Positions 25,001 through 37,000 of a stretch of DNA of 64,000 bases are shown piece by piece (the stretch's first letter is position 1; each line of letters starts with the position of its first letter). The translations under genes and the position numbers were made by a program. The notes under the pieces were generated by a model. That model did not search any database and was not told where the DNA came from. It saw only the letters and a program-made list of their open reading frames with translations. This DNA comes from Callorhinchus milii. Lineage: Eukaryota. The stretch spans positions 1 through 64,000 of the forward strand of contig NW_024705185.1 of assembly GCF_018977255.1 (NCBI RefSeq). The letters run 5' to 3'.

Positions 25001-25646
25001 GTCGAAGGTATTGATTCATGTATTTACCATAATGATCTATTACAGAACTTGATGTGATATAATAATACTCATTATAATAATTGACACTGCTTTGTCAATT
25101 TACGACAGGGTGGAGGTCTGTGGCATTGCCTGCCTTGTTGGCTATGGGAATTATTGGACCAAATATAGGAACGTGCCCTGCCCAGGAACACTTACCATAC
25201 TATTCTTAACAGTTTGAATGATGGCACTAATGGGTGTCTATTCACTAATCCACGTGTTCATCGCTCTCTCTCTCTCACACACACAATATCACTTCAAGCA
25301 TTATCTTACGTAAACGCAACTTGTAACATCGCCAAATGATGACACGATTACATTTTTGGAGACTGGCTCTACGCAGGGAATAATTAAAAGGTCTGTTAGA
25401 TTTTAGGTTTTAGTTATTTCATCCGGATGAGCTGTTCTGCTCTATTTGATGGGTATCCTGCGGCGGTATAGATGTTGTACAGTACAAATCATATTTACGA
25501 TCATTGTTACGGAGGTCGCGATACAAACAACGAGTATTGGCACTAGTTGAGGAAGAGCGGAACTTGTCTAACCGTACGAAAAGCAAAACAAACATGAGTA
25601 CGACATTACTTTTTGAATAGAAATAAAGGATGCAAAACGTAGCCAT
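10015..25646 (-). CDS. SLC37A3: Sugar phosphate exchanger 3-like MFS transporter; coding exons 25573-25646 (probable), 23465-23579, 21080-21172, 20506-20589, 19710-19855, 19298-19393, 17183-17267, 15961-16178, 14790-14930, 13359-13460, 12846-12893, 11759-11910, 10381-10446, 10015-10110
   Basis: Spliced translation gives SLC37A3 motifs: YALFNATRKTLS, LFLGALDTIFLFTYA, QSTGWPCTVAIMGNWFG, LPGVAVYALAYACLKLVNYAFFFWLP, SIWYDFGGIIGG, EALGTVTGIVDGTGSLGASVGQ, PLVVREI...TT*. All junctions GT-AG. Phases are consistent except for two 1-nt deletions (~19338, ~14844). Confidence 0.92.
12340..12419 (-). mobile_element. Very short fold-back Penelope-derived insertion with TSD
   Basis: Penelope terminus AAAGTTTTCGTGACTGCAGG plus an inverted TTACCGAA..CCCAAGAATA fragment; TSD ATGCCTAAC at 12340-12348 and 12411-12419. 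Confidence 0.6.
13048..13351 (+). mobile_element. Fold-back Penelope-derived element containing a hammerhead, with TSD
   Basis: 13061-13157 is the near-perfect reverse complement of 13189-13285. Ends CTGCAGTCACGAAAGCTTTAA. TSD TTCTACCACCG at 13048-13058 and 13341-13351. Confidence 0.85.
13183..13225 (+). ncRNA. Minimal type I hammerhead ribozyme motif (Penelope-type)
   Basis: TCAC-CTGAGGA-C-GGC(tgcttgcgttgtg)GCC-GAAAC-GTC-GTGA: stem I TCAC/GTGA, CUGANGA core, stem II, GAAA, palindromic ACGT in place of stem III, GUC cleavage triplet. Confidence 0.8.
14373..14705 (+). mobile_element. 5S rRNA-derived SINE (SINE3-like); 5S-like head 14373-14492
   Basis: CCCGATCTTGTTATATCTCGGAAGCTAAGCTGG...CTGGTCAGTGCTTGGATGGGCGACC...GCTATAGGCT aligns to vertebrate 5S rRNA with many substitutions, then continues without an oligo-T terminator. 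Right boundary approximate. Confidence 0.65.
17816..18168 (+). mobile_element. HINE/DINE-1-like non-autonomous Helentron element with G-rich core (copy 1)
   Basis: Subterminal IRs CTGGTAGGAAC (17819-17829) and GTTCCTACCAG (18135-18145), internal G-rich tandem tract, and a short 3' extension shared with copy 2. Confidence 0.55.
18843..19207 (-). mobile_element. HINE/DINE-1-like element (copy 2, inverted relative to copy 1)
   Basis: Reverse complement of 17816-18168. Has a GGAACC-ACCT-GGTTCC hairpin beside the 5' subTIR and a TCC-GCA-GGA mini-hairpin after the 3' subTIR. Confidence 0.55.
19912..20151 (-). mobile_element. Short Penelope-derived element with hammerhead, short inverted arm and TSD
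   Basis: Same family as 13048-13351; TSD GAACGTTTCTTA at 19912-19923 and 20140-20151. Confidence 0.8.
20034..20076 (-). ncRNA. Minimal hammerhead ribozyme motif, intact core
   Basis: Minus strand reads TCAC-CTGAAGA-C-GGC(tacttgcgttgtg)GCC-GAAAC-GTC-GTGA. Confidence 0.8.
21454..23013 (-). mobile_element. Probable solo LTR with expanded U3 minisatellite
   Basis: TG...CA bounds; minus-strand order array, TATATAA (21575-21581), AATAAA (~21490-21500) fits U3-R-U5. No clean TSD. Confidence 0.4.
21701..23013. repeat. Minisatellite, ~25 copies of a 50-52 bp unit
   Basis: Unit ACTGCAGGCTGACTCCCCTGTCATTACCTCCCGTGGCCACTAGTCCATTCGC; variation limited to a few positions. Confidence 0.97.
23687..24032. 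mobile_element. hAT (Charlie-like) MITE
   Basis: TIRs CAGCGGTCGGGAACC...GGTTCCCGACCCTG; 8-bp TSD CTCTACAT/GTCTACAT. Confidence 0.75.
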
Positions 25647-26202
25647 GAATAATCAATCCGTAGTGTTGATGTGACTTACGAAAAAATATTTACATTAAAT
25701 ATGGCAAACAAAAATAATCAAATCTCCACAATGGGAATTTGCAATAAAATGTAAATAATTCCAAAATGTCACACTTCAGATATGGAATTGATTATCATTT
25801 TTATTTATTTATGACCGTGACTCATCTGCGATTATACATTTTGAGAAACAAAATTTTCAACAGCTTTACGAAACACAACTCCGAGTGAGGCTTATAGCAC
25901 TCACAACCCAACACGCCATTTGGCTCATGGAGATTGTTTTAGATGCCCGAACCAGGTGAGGGCCCTACGAGACAACATAATGTTAAAAATTCTATACCTG
26001 ACGAATATTAGAGTAATTTTATTATTTCAACTTGTAACACGCACAGCATTTGCTCACTTCGTAGAGAAAGCAACTCGGAGGTGTGTGGAGGAACCACAGA
26101 CACGCAGGAAACCAGCTAGGCGGTTGGCCGGTACCAACAATTGCCCAATCTCTGCGGTCCCCTCTGTAGTAAAATGTTTACAGCCAAATTAATTAATCTT
26201 GA

Positions 26203-26313
26203 TTTGAAGCTTTCGTGACTGCAGGATTCCATACTCTTTGGTTCTTCCGGTAAAGTCACGCAGGTAGAAAATAAAATAAATCACTATTTTTATACCTACG
26301 TGACTTTACCGAA
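26203..26313 (-). mobile_element. Short fold-back Penelope-derived insertion
   Basis: TTGAAGCTTTCGTGACTGCAGG terminus followed by GGTAAAGTCACG...CGTGACTTTACC inverted arms. Confidence 0.65.
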
Positions 26314-27414
26314 ATTAATGAATGCTTACATATGGAAATAAACCGGAGCACCAAGCGAAAACCTACACGTGTGAGGGAATAGCATTTCCCGTGTGCAGTC
26401 CAGTCCTGCCTTCTGGCGAGCCAGGGTGTCACGGCACGGTGATGTGCACGTGGAGGGAGTTTCGCGAGAATTGTGTGAACCACCAACCCTCGCTGCCCTC
26501 CGCACGGCTGGATTCGAGGCGTGCACCACCGACACCCGGACTAATGATTAGCAAGGCCATCATCAAAAGAGATTTAAGAAAGTCAGGGAGGCTTTCGTCG
26601 ATAGATAAAGAGCATTTTTGTTAACTAAAAAAAAACTTTTAATGTTAAATGTTTCAAGTTTGGTAAATGTGTTTTGTTAAGTGCACATTTACCGGCTAAA
26701 CAGTGAACACGTTTTTCACAACATTTCTTTCCACGACAACACATCACAATCGATTGCCTCAACATATACACACATACTGAACTAGTAAAAAAAACTATTT
26801 ATATATGAATTTAAAAAAAAAACTTTTTTTAAAAATTTGCCACACATATTCAACAAAATGAAATGAGATTAGGAAATATACATCATTGTATAAATGCTGA
26901 AATGTGCCTTAAATCACGGGGCTACATGTTAAAACGACACAAAAAGCTATTCACGCAAAAATGTAACTGACTCAAAACAAGCCGACGTGTTCTACTTATT
27001 TCCCAACAATTATTGTCTGCCCTTTATTACTCACCTACAGATCCCTGACGAATAACAGCAAGAAGACAAACAGAAATCCAATGTGAAGTTCGTTATTTTT
27101 TCTTCTTGTTCTTGCGAGAACTCAAGGGAGCAAGCCCCGTGCTGCCGGTCAGAGTTCTGCTGTCATGCGTCTGTGCCCGTGCGCTGCTTCTTAAGAGGCA
27201 ACACGTGCACGATCTCCACCATGTGGGGCTTTCTCAAAGGCAACTTACGCTTCGTATGCAAAGCACGGTTTAGGACATTCCTGGATGTGTGGCCACCAGA
27301 GCTACCCCAGGTGTTGTTTCGGCATGCGGCTGAAAGGTGCGGCCAGGAGATGGCAGTGCTGAGTGTCACAAAGACAAAGATCCCCCGTGTAGCCTTCACA
27401 GACTCTAATTCTAG

Positions 27415-29816
27415 ATTTGAAGCTTTCGTGACTGCAATGATTCATATTCTTAGGTTTTTTCGGTAAAGTCACGTAGGTAAAAAACACATTAAAAAGTTAA
27501 ATAAAATAAAAATCACGACGTTTCGGAGGCAACACAAGCTTCCGTCTTCAGGTGGTACCGTCACAGCCACGACAGCTGTATCAAGTAAATGAGAGATTGC
27601 AGGAGCTACCACTCCGTTTATATAATGGTTGGAGAAGGTGGTGGGGCAAGGGCCGCATACTTTTTATTAATATGGTAAGGTGAGGCTTAAGACTAAGAAT
27701 AGACTGCATAACAAAGGCTGAGCCTTTGTTATGGAGAGGTGCGGTTTGTGACTCAACCTGTGACAGGGGAGACCACCACTAAACATGGTAAAACTGTAAT
27801 GGTTGTCTGTCAAATAAGATTGGCAAATAAGTGTAGTTAAATCTTTTTTGCATGGTTAATCACATCTTTCCAATGATTACTCAGTTTGTAACCGTCATCA
27901 CGGTTGAAATTATGTCTGTGTTTGTATATTTGTATGGCTTCGGTGTACAAACCTTTGATGGTAGCCCAGGAGGTTTGCAGAGAACCTTGGTCTCGGAAAA
28001 ATACAATTTCATGATAGCCCACCGAGTTGTAGCAATGATCGGCAACGGCCGAAGAATCAGTTCTGCCGTGTTTCAGATCTGACTTGTGCTCGCGGACACG
28101 ATCAGAAACATGACGTTTCGTTTCTCCAATGTAGCAATCACCACCAATGCAACTCAATTTGTAGACTCCAGGATACTGTAAGTCAGGAACGACATCCTTC
28201 ACAGATGGAATCAAATCACGGATTTTATGCACTGTATTGAATCGGACTTGGATCTTATGTTTGTTTAGAATTTTGGAAGATCTGTTTTTGGTCACGCCTG
28301 CTATGTATGGCAACGTGATAGTTTTGGTCGGAGTTTCATGTGGCTGTTTCTGTATGGTGGGAGAAACAGCTTGGCGGATAGTGCGGTCAGAGTATCCGTT
28401 CATCCTGAGGGCCCGATGTACATGTCTTAATTCACCGGCCAGGTGGTGTTGGTCAGAAATGCCATGGGCTCTGTGGTATAGCGTTTTGATGAGATAATTC
28501 TTTTGAGATGGGTGGTGGGTGGAATCCGGTTTCAAGTAGGAATCTGTGTGGGTGGCTTTCCTGTAGACAGAATGTCCAAGGATCCGTCAGGCCTCCTCTC
28601 AAACAGAATATCCAAGAATGGTAGTTTACCGTCTTTCTCCACTTCCATGGTGAATCTGATGGATGGGTGTCTAGAATTGATGTGGTCCAAGAAGTGGTTC
28701 AATGCTGGGAGGCCATGTGGCCAGATGACGAAAGTGTCGTCCACATACCTCTTCCACAAGGAAGGACACAGGGTGGATGTCTGGATGGCGTCTGATTCAA
28801 ACTTTTCCATGAACATGTTGGCTATAACTAGTGACAAGGGGGAGCCCATAGGCGTACCCTCATTCTGTTTGTAGAAGGTGCCATTCCAGGTAAAATAAGT
28901 GTTGGTGAGGCAATGCCTAACCAGCGCAGGTACATCAGAATTCAATCCATGTTGGACTAAGTCCTCAATTATTGTTAGGGTGTCCGGTACTGGGACTTTG
29001 GTGAACAAAGATACTACATCAAAGCTGACGAGGATGTCATCAGGAGATAGTACCATGTCCTTAACCATAGAGACTAATTGGGTTGAGTTGAGTACTGCCG
29101 AAGAGGTCTTGCCTGTGAAGGGGAGCAGAGTATCTGATAGAAAACGGCTAGTTTGTACGTAGGAGAGTTTATCGTCGACACGATGGGTTGTAGCGGGGTG
29201 CCTTCTTTATGGATTTTGGGAAGACCATAGAGTCTGGGAGGTCTAGCCGCCGATGGTTTTAGAGAGGGACGTTTGCTTGGTTCGATTAGGGAAGTCGAAC
29301 TCGTGATGATACTGTTGGGTTTTGTCGTTAGGTTTTTAGTGGGATCGTTTTTAATTTTGGAGTAACTCCCATCATTAAGAAGGTCCAGGATTTTGTTGTT
29401 GTATGAATCTTTATCCATGATGACCGTGGCATTGCCCTTGCCAAAGGACGAAATTTCGCCGTCACCCCTAAATATATACCAGTAGAGGATATTATTCTCA
29501 GATTGATGTAGCCCTCAGAGGCATAGGACACATCCATGCGGATGTAGCAAGAGCTGAAATAGCTACTATTCTTAAGAATGCTAAGAAACCCACTAGTAAC
29601 ATCAGCAAAAACGAACGCTCTGAACTCGCGGACCTAAAAAAAGAGATGATATAGTCATCCTCTCGGCAGACAAGGGCAATGCCACGGTCATCATGGATAA
29701 AGATTCATACAACAACAAAATCCTGGACCTTCTTAATGATGGGAGTTACTCCAAAATTAAAAACGATCCCACTAAAAACCTAACAACAAAAACCAACAGT
29801 ATCATCACGAGTTCGA
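27415..29816 (-). mobile_element. Penelope-like retroelement, 5'-truncated with inverted 5' segment; RT + GIY-YIG endonuclease (frameshifted)
   Basis: Minus-strand ORFs 29074-29418, 28532-29068 and 27837-28535 carry PRLYGLPKIHK, SFDVVSLFT, GTPMGSPLS, RYVDDTF and GVYKLSC..YIGET. 3' terminal repeat with hammerhead at 27415-27600. Plus-strand segment 29441-29816 encodes the upstream Penelope region (KGRNFAVTP..., ADKGNATVIMD). Confidence 0.92.
27514..27554 (-). ncRNA. Minimal hammerhead ribozyme motif in Penelope 3' terminal repeat
   Basis: Minus strand reads CAC-CTGAAGA-C-GGA(agcttgtgttgcc)TCC-GAAAC-GTC-GTG. Stem II GGA/TCC covaries with GGC/GCC in other copies. Confidence 0.82.
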
Positions 29817-30258
29817 ATATGTGTTTAGTACTACTTATGCCCGTGCATTATGCAGGACATGCAGCATCAAAGTGAGGGGATAGGGGTAGCACTAATAAAG
29901 GGAAGGAGTGTTAATAGTATGTAGCTGCAGCAACCGAAACCACCACGTAAACAACTAAAGTATAAACTACATAGTATCATCAGTATACTAAATATACTGC
30001 TGTATATTCACTATACAATTACGATACTATATATTACTTTGTACATTGTTTTAAGCATATACATTTTATACTATTTATTATTATAGACTGTACCATTGAC
30101 CGTCGTGTGAAAGACACTAAGAGGAAGCAACGAAATATGTCAATGGGAGAGTAGTGGGGGGAAACTTGCAGCGGAGCAAAGAATCCATTCCCTGCAGAGT
30201 TACAATGCCAGTGAGTGGAACGCGGTCTGAAAGTCACCGTAAACGTGAACACAATCAG

Positions 30259-30730
30259 TTAAGATCCGAAATGGTTTATTACATCCTTCCAATGATTGCT
30301 AAGCCAGAATCCATCTTCTCGGTTGAAATTGTCTCTGTGTTTGTATATGTGGATCGCCTCATGAACGAATCTCTCATGGTAGCCAGATGGCTTGCAGAGA
30401 ACCTCTGTCTTGGAGAAGTCAATATCATGTGAGCCCACTGAATTGTAACAGTGATCTTCCACGGCTGAGGTGTTTGTCCTACCGTGTTTCAAGTCTGCTT
30501 TATGTTCACGGATGCGGTCCGAGACATGTCGTTTGGTTTCTCCAATGTAACTGCTACCACAGAGGAAACTTAGTTTGTAGACGCCAGGGTACTGTATGTC
30601 TGGAACCACATCTTTTACAGACGGGACTAGATCACGGATTTTATGTACTGTGTTGAAACATATACAAACACAGAGACAACTTCAACCGAGAAGATGGATT
30701 CTGGCTTAGCAATCATTGGAAGGATGTCTT
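30259..30730 (-). mobile_element. Penelope GIY-YIG fragment with short inverted duplication
   Basis: ORF 30259-30609 GVYKLSFLCGSSYIGETKR...NFNREDG; 30659-30727 is an inverted copy of ~30280-30349. Confidence 0.85.
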
Positions 30731-31039
30731 TGACAATCAGGCATAGCTACTTTTTTGTCACGCACACCGAACTGGTAACAGTCTTTGGAGCGGTTTTGAT
30801 GGTTTTGCCAGATTGGCCCGGAACCACCGGATAATCTTGGAAGCTGGATAATCACGTGCCGGATAATCGATGGTCAAACTATATATTCTGTTATTCTTTA
30901 TTAGGGTTCACCTCTCGGCATCCATTGCACCAGTACACGGTGGCCCTCCCATAGTCGATTCTAACAGGTTGCCATCGACAGATATGAAACCGTGACTAAA
31001 AAATGTTGCATTTGCTCTACAACGCCCTGCGTCCCACAG

Positions 31040-34000
31040 GACTTCACGATGAAGGAGTTTGAGCGGATGAAGGACACAAACACAGTGCGATCGTATTTGG
31101 TGTCCAAGGAACGACTCGAGGTGCTGTATCAGCTGTTGAAAGAGATGAACGCAGACTTCATGCAGCCCGGGGGCTACCAGAAATACGAGGCCGCAATGCA
31201 GGAGTTGGATGAAGAGTATCGTGCTACAGAGGGACTAGGAGACGAGGTGACTTACACTCTCCATGTGCATATTCTTCCTGATGTTTCCTCCGTTCTGTAG
31301 GGTTTGTTCTTGCTGCTCCTCTTTCTCTAATTGTTCATGTCCTGGGACAGCATCTCTATGTCCACTCCACCGGCCATCATATCCTGTTCTCAACCACTTC
31401 CAACCATATGTATTTCTATTTAACACGTCGTGGGTTTTCGCGACCAATATTATCCATAATAGAGGTTGTTTGGGTTAGATCGTGTACATATCTGAATAAC
31501 CCAACCAGTAATGGATATCCATTGAAATGTATATGAATACATTAACTGCCAACCCCCCTCTGAACTTGACACCTGATTGGCTCACAAGTGATGACATCAC
31601 ACTTATCTGCTCTAATTAAAACCGAGACAGGAGGAGGATTTCTCCACAATTTTGGGTGTCACCTGGCGAGGCTGGTTGTAATTACCGGCGGAACATCACG
31701 ATACTTTAATTGTTAACGTTGTAGTGGTTTTACTCTCCAACACACCAGTTAGTGCTGAGCTAGTAACGAATTGGCACGTTTTGTTTACGTGACAAACCTT
31801 ACTGATTGGCTGTGTCAAGTGGTGGCGGGATCAACGACGCATTTATATTTACGCGATCTAACCAAAAAAAATCTCTTATTTCTATGCCTACTTTTCTGTC
31901 TCCGCCCCGGTGCTTGCATCTTCATCTAGTTCTTTTCCATATGCAAACATCAATACCAGAGAGACAGATGTGGGCAGGCTTTGTGCTGGCTACACCACCC
32001 CTATTGTGTGCCGTGCTGACATCACCAGGTGCTGGCCTTGCTGCAATTGCCTGTGTAGGCTACAATGTATACTATTACAACAAAAAGTGTTTTATTCTAC
32101 CAGGTGTAAGGGACCACTGAGCTATCTGGCTATTTTCAGAAGCGACCTGGCCATCATGCATGATAGCCCAATGAAGTAGCTTATCATCATGTGGCAATTT
32201 GTCGCAGCAAAATACGCGAAAAGCGCGATGTTGATTCTAAATGTGGAGGGGATAACGGAGCACCCTGGAGAAAAATCCACACGACCACGGGCAGAGAGAG
32301 ACAAGCAATCTCTAAATATACAGCAGGCGCCAGAGTCGGGTTGGAACCCATGACCTCCTATACACAAGGCGAGGTATTTAACTTCTCATAGCCACCGTGG
32401 CACACACCGGGGCAAAAACCCTCCCCTAACCTGCGGGTGTCTGCCAGCAACACTGCATTGAAAGCAATGTCATTGAGGGAAGGGCTTATGTCGGTCAGCT
32501 TATTACCCTCACGGTGCGCTCTCATCCACCATAGTGGCTAACGGAGGGCCACTGGGCAGGTTTGTGGAGGCTGCTGAACCCCGCACTTTCCGCTCATTAC
32601 CATGGGGACTAGAGAGACAATGTTCAGAGCAAGCAGGTTACGGGAGCACCGAAAGGACAGGAGTCAATTGACCTCTCCTAGCCACAATCCCATTTGATGG
32701 AGCCAGGGGGAGTAAAACACATCTCCTGCCTATTTCAGGCTATAGCTGTCAGTGAAACAGAGCACATTGCTGATAGCTTTGCACTGCCAGAAGTGGCGCG
32801 AAGACCAAACTTACTAATATTATCACGAATGACCGTGGGTGTCATTCACCGCTCCCCTTATACTCTCGTTTTCCTCCCTCAATGTCGATGCATATGTATC
32901 ATTTTGCATGGCACATTGAGATTCTTTTCTGTTTCTGTCCTTCCAGAAAGACAAAGCCTACAAAGATTTCATGGAAAAAAATAAGGATCGTGCAAAACAA
33001 ATTCGCATTGTGGACAAGGCACTGACACAAGCTCAGCAAGAAGAAATAAGTAGGCCGTTTTTTCTTTACTTAGAATTTTTCAGGCCGCGAGTTTGTCTGA
33101 TGATTATTTTGTTTATTGTTATTAATTACTCGGGTTGTCATAATGCAGGCTTGTTTTGGGGAGACAAGGAGGAAACATAAAGTGGAAATATCGAGTAGCA
33201 TCAGGGGGTCAAAAATAGAACACCTTAGCAGGGACACCAAGGCATTAGCAATGAAGAGGATCGTGGAGCAAACAGTAGAAGCAACAATACCCTTAGTAGT
33301 AAAACTAAAAAGAAAATGGATGGCTGAGAAAACATTGGAATGAGCACAGGAAAAGAGAAAAATAAGGCTAAAGATCCATAATAGAGGCTTTTGGGTTAAA
33401 TCGCTCAAATATAAATGTGCCGTTAAACCCGCCACCTAGGGCCGAATTAAACAATGGCTTAAGAGGCTGCAGCCCAGGGGTCTCTGCAGCTGGATGGCCT
33501 TAAGTGAAAGGTTATTTCAATATTGAAAGCTGAATTTTAGTTGTTGTTAGCCTTGTAAAAATACATTTTATTTTTCTTTAACTTTGTTTTAGTTTAGAAA
33601 ATATAACTGGGGGCCTCACAGTACCTGTAGCCCAGGGGCCTACGAAATCTTAATCCGGCCCTGCCGCCACCTCCACCTGACACAGCCAATTAGTGGGGTT
33701 TGTCAAGTAAACTAAATGTAGCCGATTCGTTACTAATTCAGCACTAACCGGTTGTGTGTTGGAGAGTAAACCCACTACAACATTTACAATTCAAGTACCG
33801 TGACGATTCACTGGTAATTACAACCAGAATTTTCAGGCTATTCTAATTATTTATTTACGCGATTTAACCCAAAATACTTCTAGAATGGATAATATTGGTC
33901 GGGAAAGCCTCCTCCGATGTGTTAAACTCGATTTGTCGTGATGTGGCAGTACTGTGGTGTGTGTTGTGCCATATTAGGTGTATTATTATTGCGTAATTTA

Positions 34001-37000
34001 TTTAGGAAAATATTCTTATCGTGCGATTATTGTTTCTCGTCTTCCATTATTTTGTCATATTCTTTGCGTCTTTCGGTAAAATCACGTAGATATAAAAAAT
34101 TATAACAATAATAACAATAAAATAATAAAATTATGACGAAATGTCGTGATATTTTTATAATTATTTTTGTATTCACTTTATTTCCATTAATTTTTTGTTA
34201 TTTTATTATTTATTGTTATTATTATTTTCTATCTACGTGACTTTACCGAAAGACCCAAATAATATTAATTCCTGCAGTGACGAAAGCTTTAATACAAGAT
34301 TTATTTTGTCATGTTTAAAATCGTGATACATTTAAAACACCAACAAAATATTATTACATAAGTTATAAATAGATATTAACCATGATATTTGTCCTTTGAT
34401 AAATGTTTTCTGAGTTATTGGCACCATTTTGGTTTTGTGACCTAATAATTACCAGAGATGGGACATGTTTTGTTATACAGGGTGTTTAAAAGAGACGGAC
34501 CCAATTAGAAATTGCTATATCTCTGCAACACGAACCGCCTATGAATTAAACTCTTACCTGCTAGTTGCCTCTCCCACCGCACAAACAGCCCCTAGCCTCA
34601 ATCATTCGCAAGATGGCGACCCCACAACACAAGGCGTTTTGCGTTCTGCAGATCAGCAATACTGAATCAGTAATTGTGGTGCAGCGTGCATTTCAATGGC
34701 ATTTTGCATTGATCCGCCAATGTCAAAGAGCATGGTGGCACAAAAGACAGTTTTTTTGTGCTACCATTAGCGACTAAGCTGGATGACCTAACAAACAGAA
34801 TCACGGCAGCGGTGACTTAAATGGAAGAAGACACTTTGAGAGGCGTTTGGGATGAATTCAACTATCTTCTCGATGTTGTCCGTAAAGCAGGTGGAGGGCA
34901 CAGAGCATTTATAAAATGGTTTATCAAAACTTGATAACTGATTAAACCGTTCATAATTTTTTTGTGTAATTGTAACATGTTGCCATTGTGAAATATACTG
35001 CTTTGAAATTGGGTCCATATGCTATCTTACAGTATTAGGCGACTAATGGAACCTTGTAATTACAATGGCAATTCATTACTCAAGCAATTGGATATTCCAT
35101 CCCGAGTGTGTATTCAGTGAGTTTGTGTTCGCAGAGAGGAGGACCTTGGAGAGGATAAATGAGCAGCAGATGGAGGCTCTGAAGATGGAAAACAAAGCCA
35201 AGGAAGCAGATATTGCACTCCTGAATAGTCAACAGCAGGTAATAGTCGACCCTTCCACATTCCAGGGGTTAGGGGCGCAGGCCCCCGCGATCTGGAAAAC
35301 CGCGTAATTTTTGTTTGTCCCATTGGTCCCTTGAAGTACGAAGCGAGCACCTCCAGTTACTAAACTTTTTAAGTTATCTCTACATTTACAGCCTTTGTGT
35401 GTCGTCTGCTGGTTTTCGCATCTTTTTTGCAAACTTTTACTTTTTACAAAATGTAAAAAATTGCGTATATTTATGGTTTTAAAAGATGAAATACATCAAT
35501 ATTATACAATACTGTACATATATTTCATTAATTTATGAGTTACTAAACTTTTTGCGTGTCGTCTGCGGCCTTCGCAAAACTCCCAAAAATTCCCCAAAAA
35601 TTCCCATTTAATTTCTTACGCCGACCCCGCGATATATCGAAACCGCGATGGGGAAAGTCACGATGCAGAAGAGTCGACTATAATTTCGCCACTCATATCA
35701 TCATCATCATGTCTCTTCAGTCAACTCATTATCGACAATGGGGCCAAATTAATGTATGTGATGCGTATCTTTCCAAAGCCAATGTCGCTGCTTCATTCAA
35801 TCTCAGTCCTGTGACTTCTCGATCTTTAACCCATACATGTGTAACGTATTGACACTACACATACATCTATCCATCCATCTGGTTTGGATGTCGTATACCG
35901 TATCACTCGTTGTACTTGTGAAGTACTCTTGAAGACGCTTGGACACCGTAGTAAGGCACACGTATTTATTTACACAATGTCGTACAGCACTGGAGGGGTG
36001 TATCGGCCCCCTCACCCGTATAACTGGGAATACACCTCTAGCTAGCCTTCCTAGCCGAGTCCTCCACTAACGGGCTAGGGGAGGCTGTCTGGCCCGACAC
36101 TGGTCAGTCGGGCTACGGTACCCGGAGTCCCAGAGGACTAACTCTGGTTCCGGGACCACGCCACTGGCTCCAGCCTGCGCTGCCCTTACAAGGGCGGCGT
36201 CCCAGGGGGAGTCCAGGGCCTATCTGGCCGGTCTTCCGTCTTCCCTTAATTACTCTAAGACTGAACCCCGAGCTCTCTGGCTCATCCCTTTTTATACCCC
36301 CCTAGAGGATCGAAACCCCCCTCACGCCGTCCAGTGCGGACGTCGTTGCGGGCACCACCCCGTGTGCTCACGGAGTCCCCGCCCACTGTGTTTGTTATCC
36401 GTTAGCTCCTATGCAAACAGCCCTACACAAACAGCCCCTCTGTAACAGCCCTACATCACCCCCCCTGTACAGCTCGCAGCCGTCCCGGCTGCAACAACTT
36501 CAATAAAGGTTAATTAACCCCTGGATCCCCGCGTGTGCCTTAAAAAAACGTTTTTAACGATAACATGAAGGGAACAACAACAACAACAACAACAAAACCC
36601 ACAAACCCCGAAGGGAACAATCCGACGCACCCCCCCTGAATAAATACGAATACCGTAAGAGCGACGTATATACAGGTTTAGCAGGGAACCCCTAGCACAC
36701 ATGCAACACAACAAAAATGTGGCAGGAGCTCCCCACCGACGCAGCACCCCGCAACCGTACACAAGAGAATTAAGTGTTCTTCCAATGCATCATAAGAGTC
36801 TGCGCATTTTTGCGCGCGTCCTTGCTGCAGGCCCGTCACACGGGGCAACCCCGGATGGCGGACCGCCGGTGGCAGTTGTTCATTCTGTATTGAGTCCGCG
36901 TTTGACGTCGCGAGACCCTCGGCATCCCTCGCAGCGGTAGGTGGGTGCGAGCCCGTCAATCCCGGTGCACCTGTGGGCGGGACAGCCGGCGACACGTCAG

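Noticed and set aside
26322-26624. 100-aa plus-strand ORF as a missing GBP exon
   Set aside because: No GBP motifs and no convincing splice sites.
27035-27130. Alternative first coding exon of SLC37A3 (LHIGFLFVFLLLFV)
   Set aside because: No in-frame ATG and a stop before the donor. The strong AG|GTGAGT at 27035 may instead mark a non-coding 5' exon, which is unproven.
32330-32400. tRNA gene
   Set aside because: No credible cloverleaf; it is joined to a repeated SINE body.
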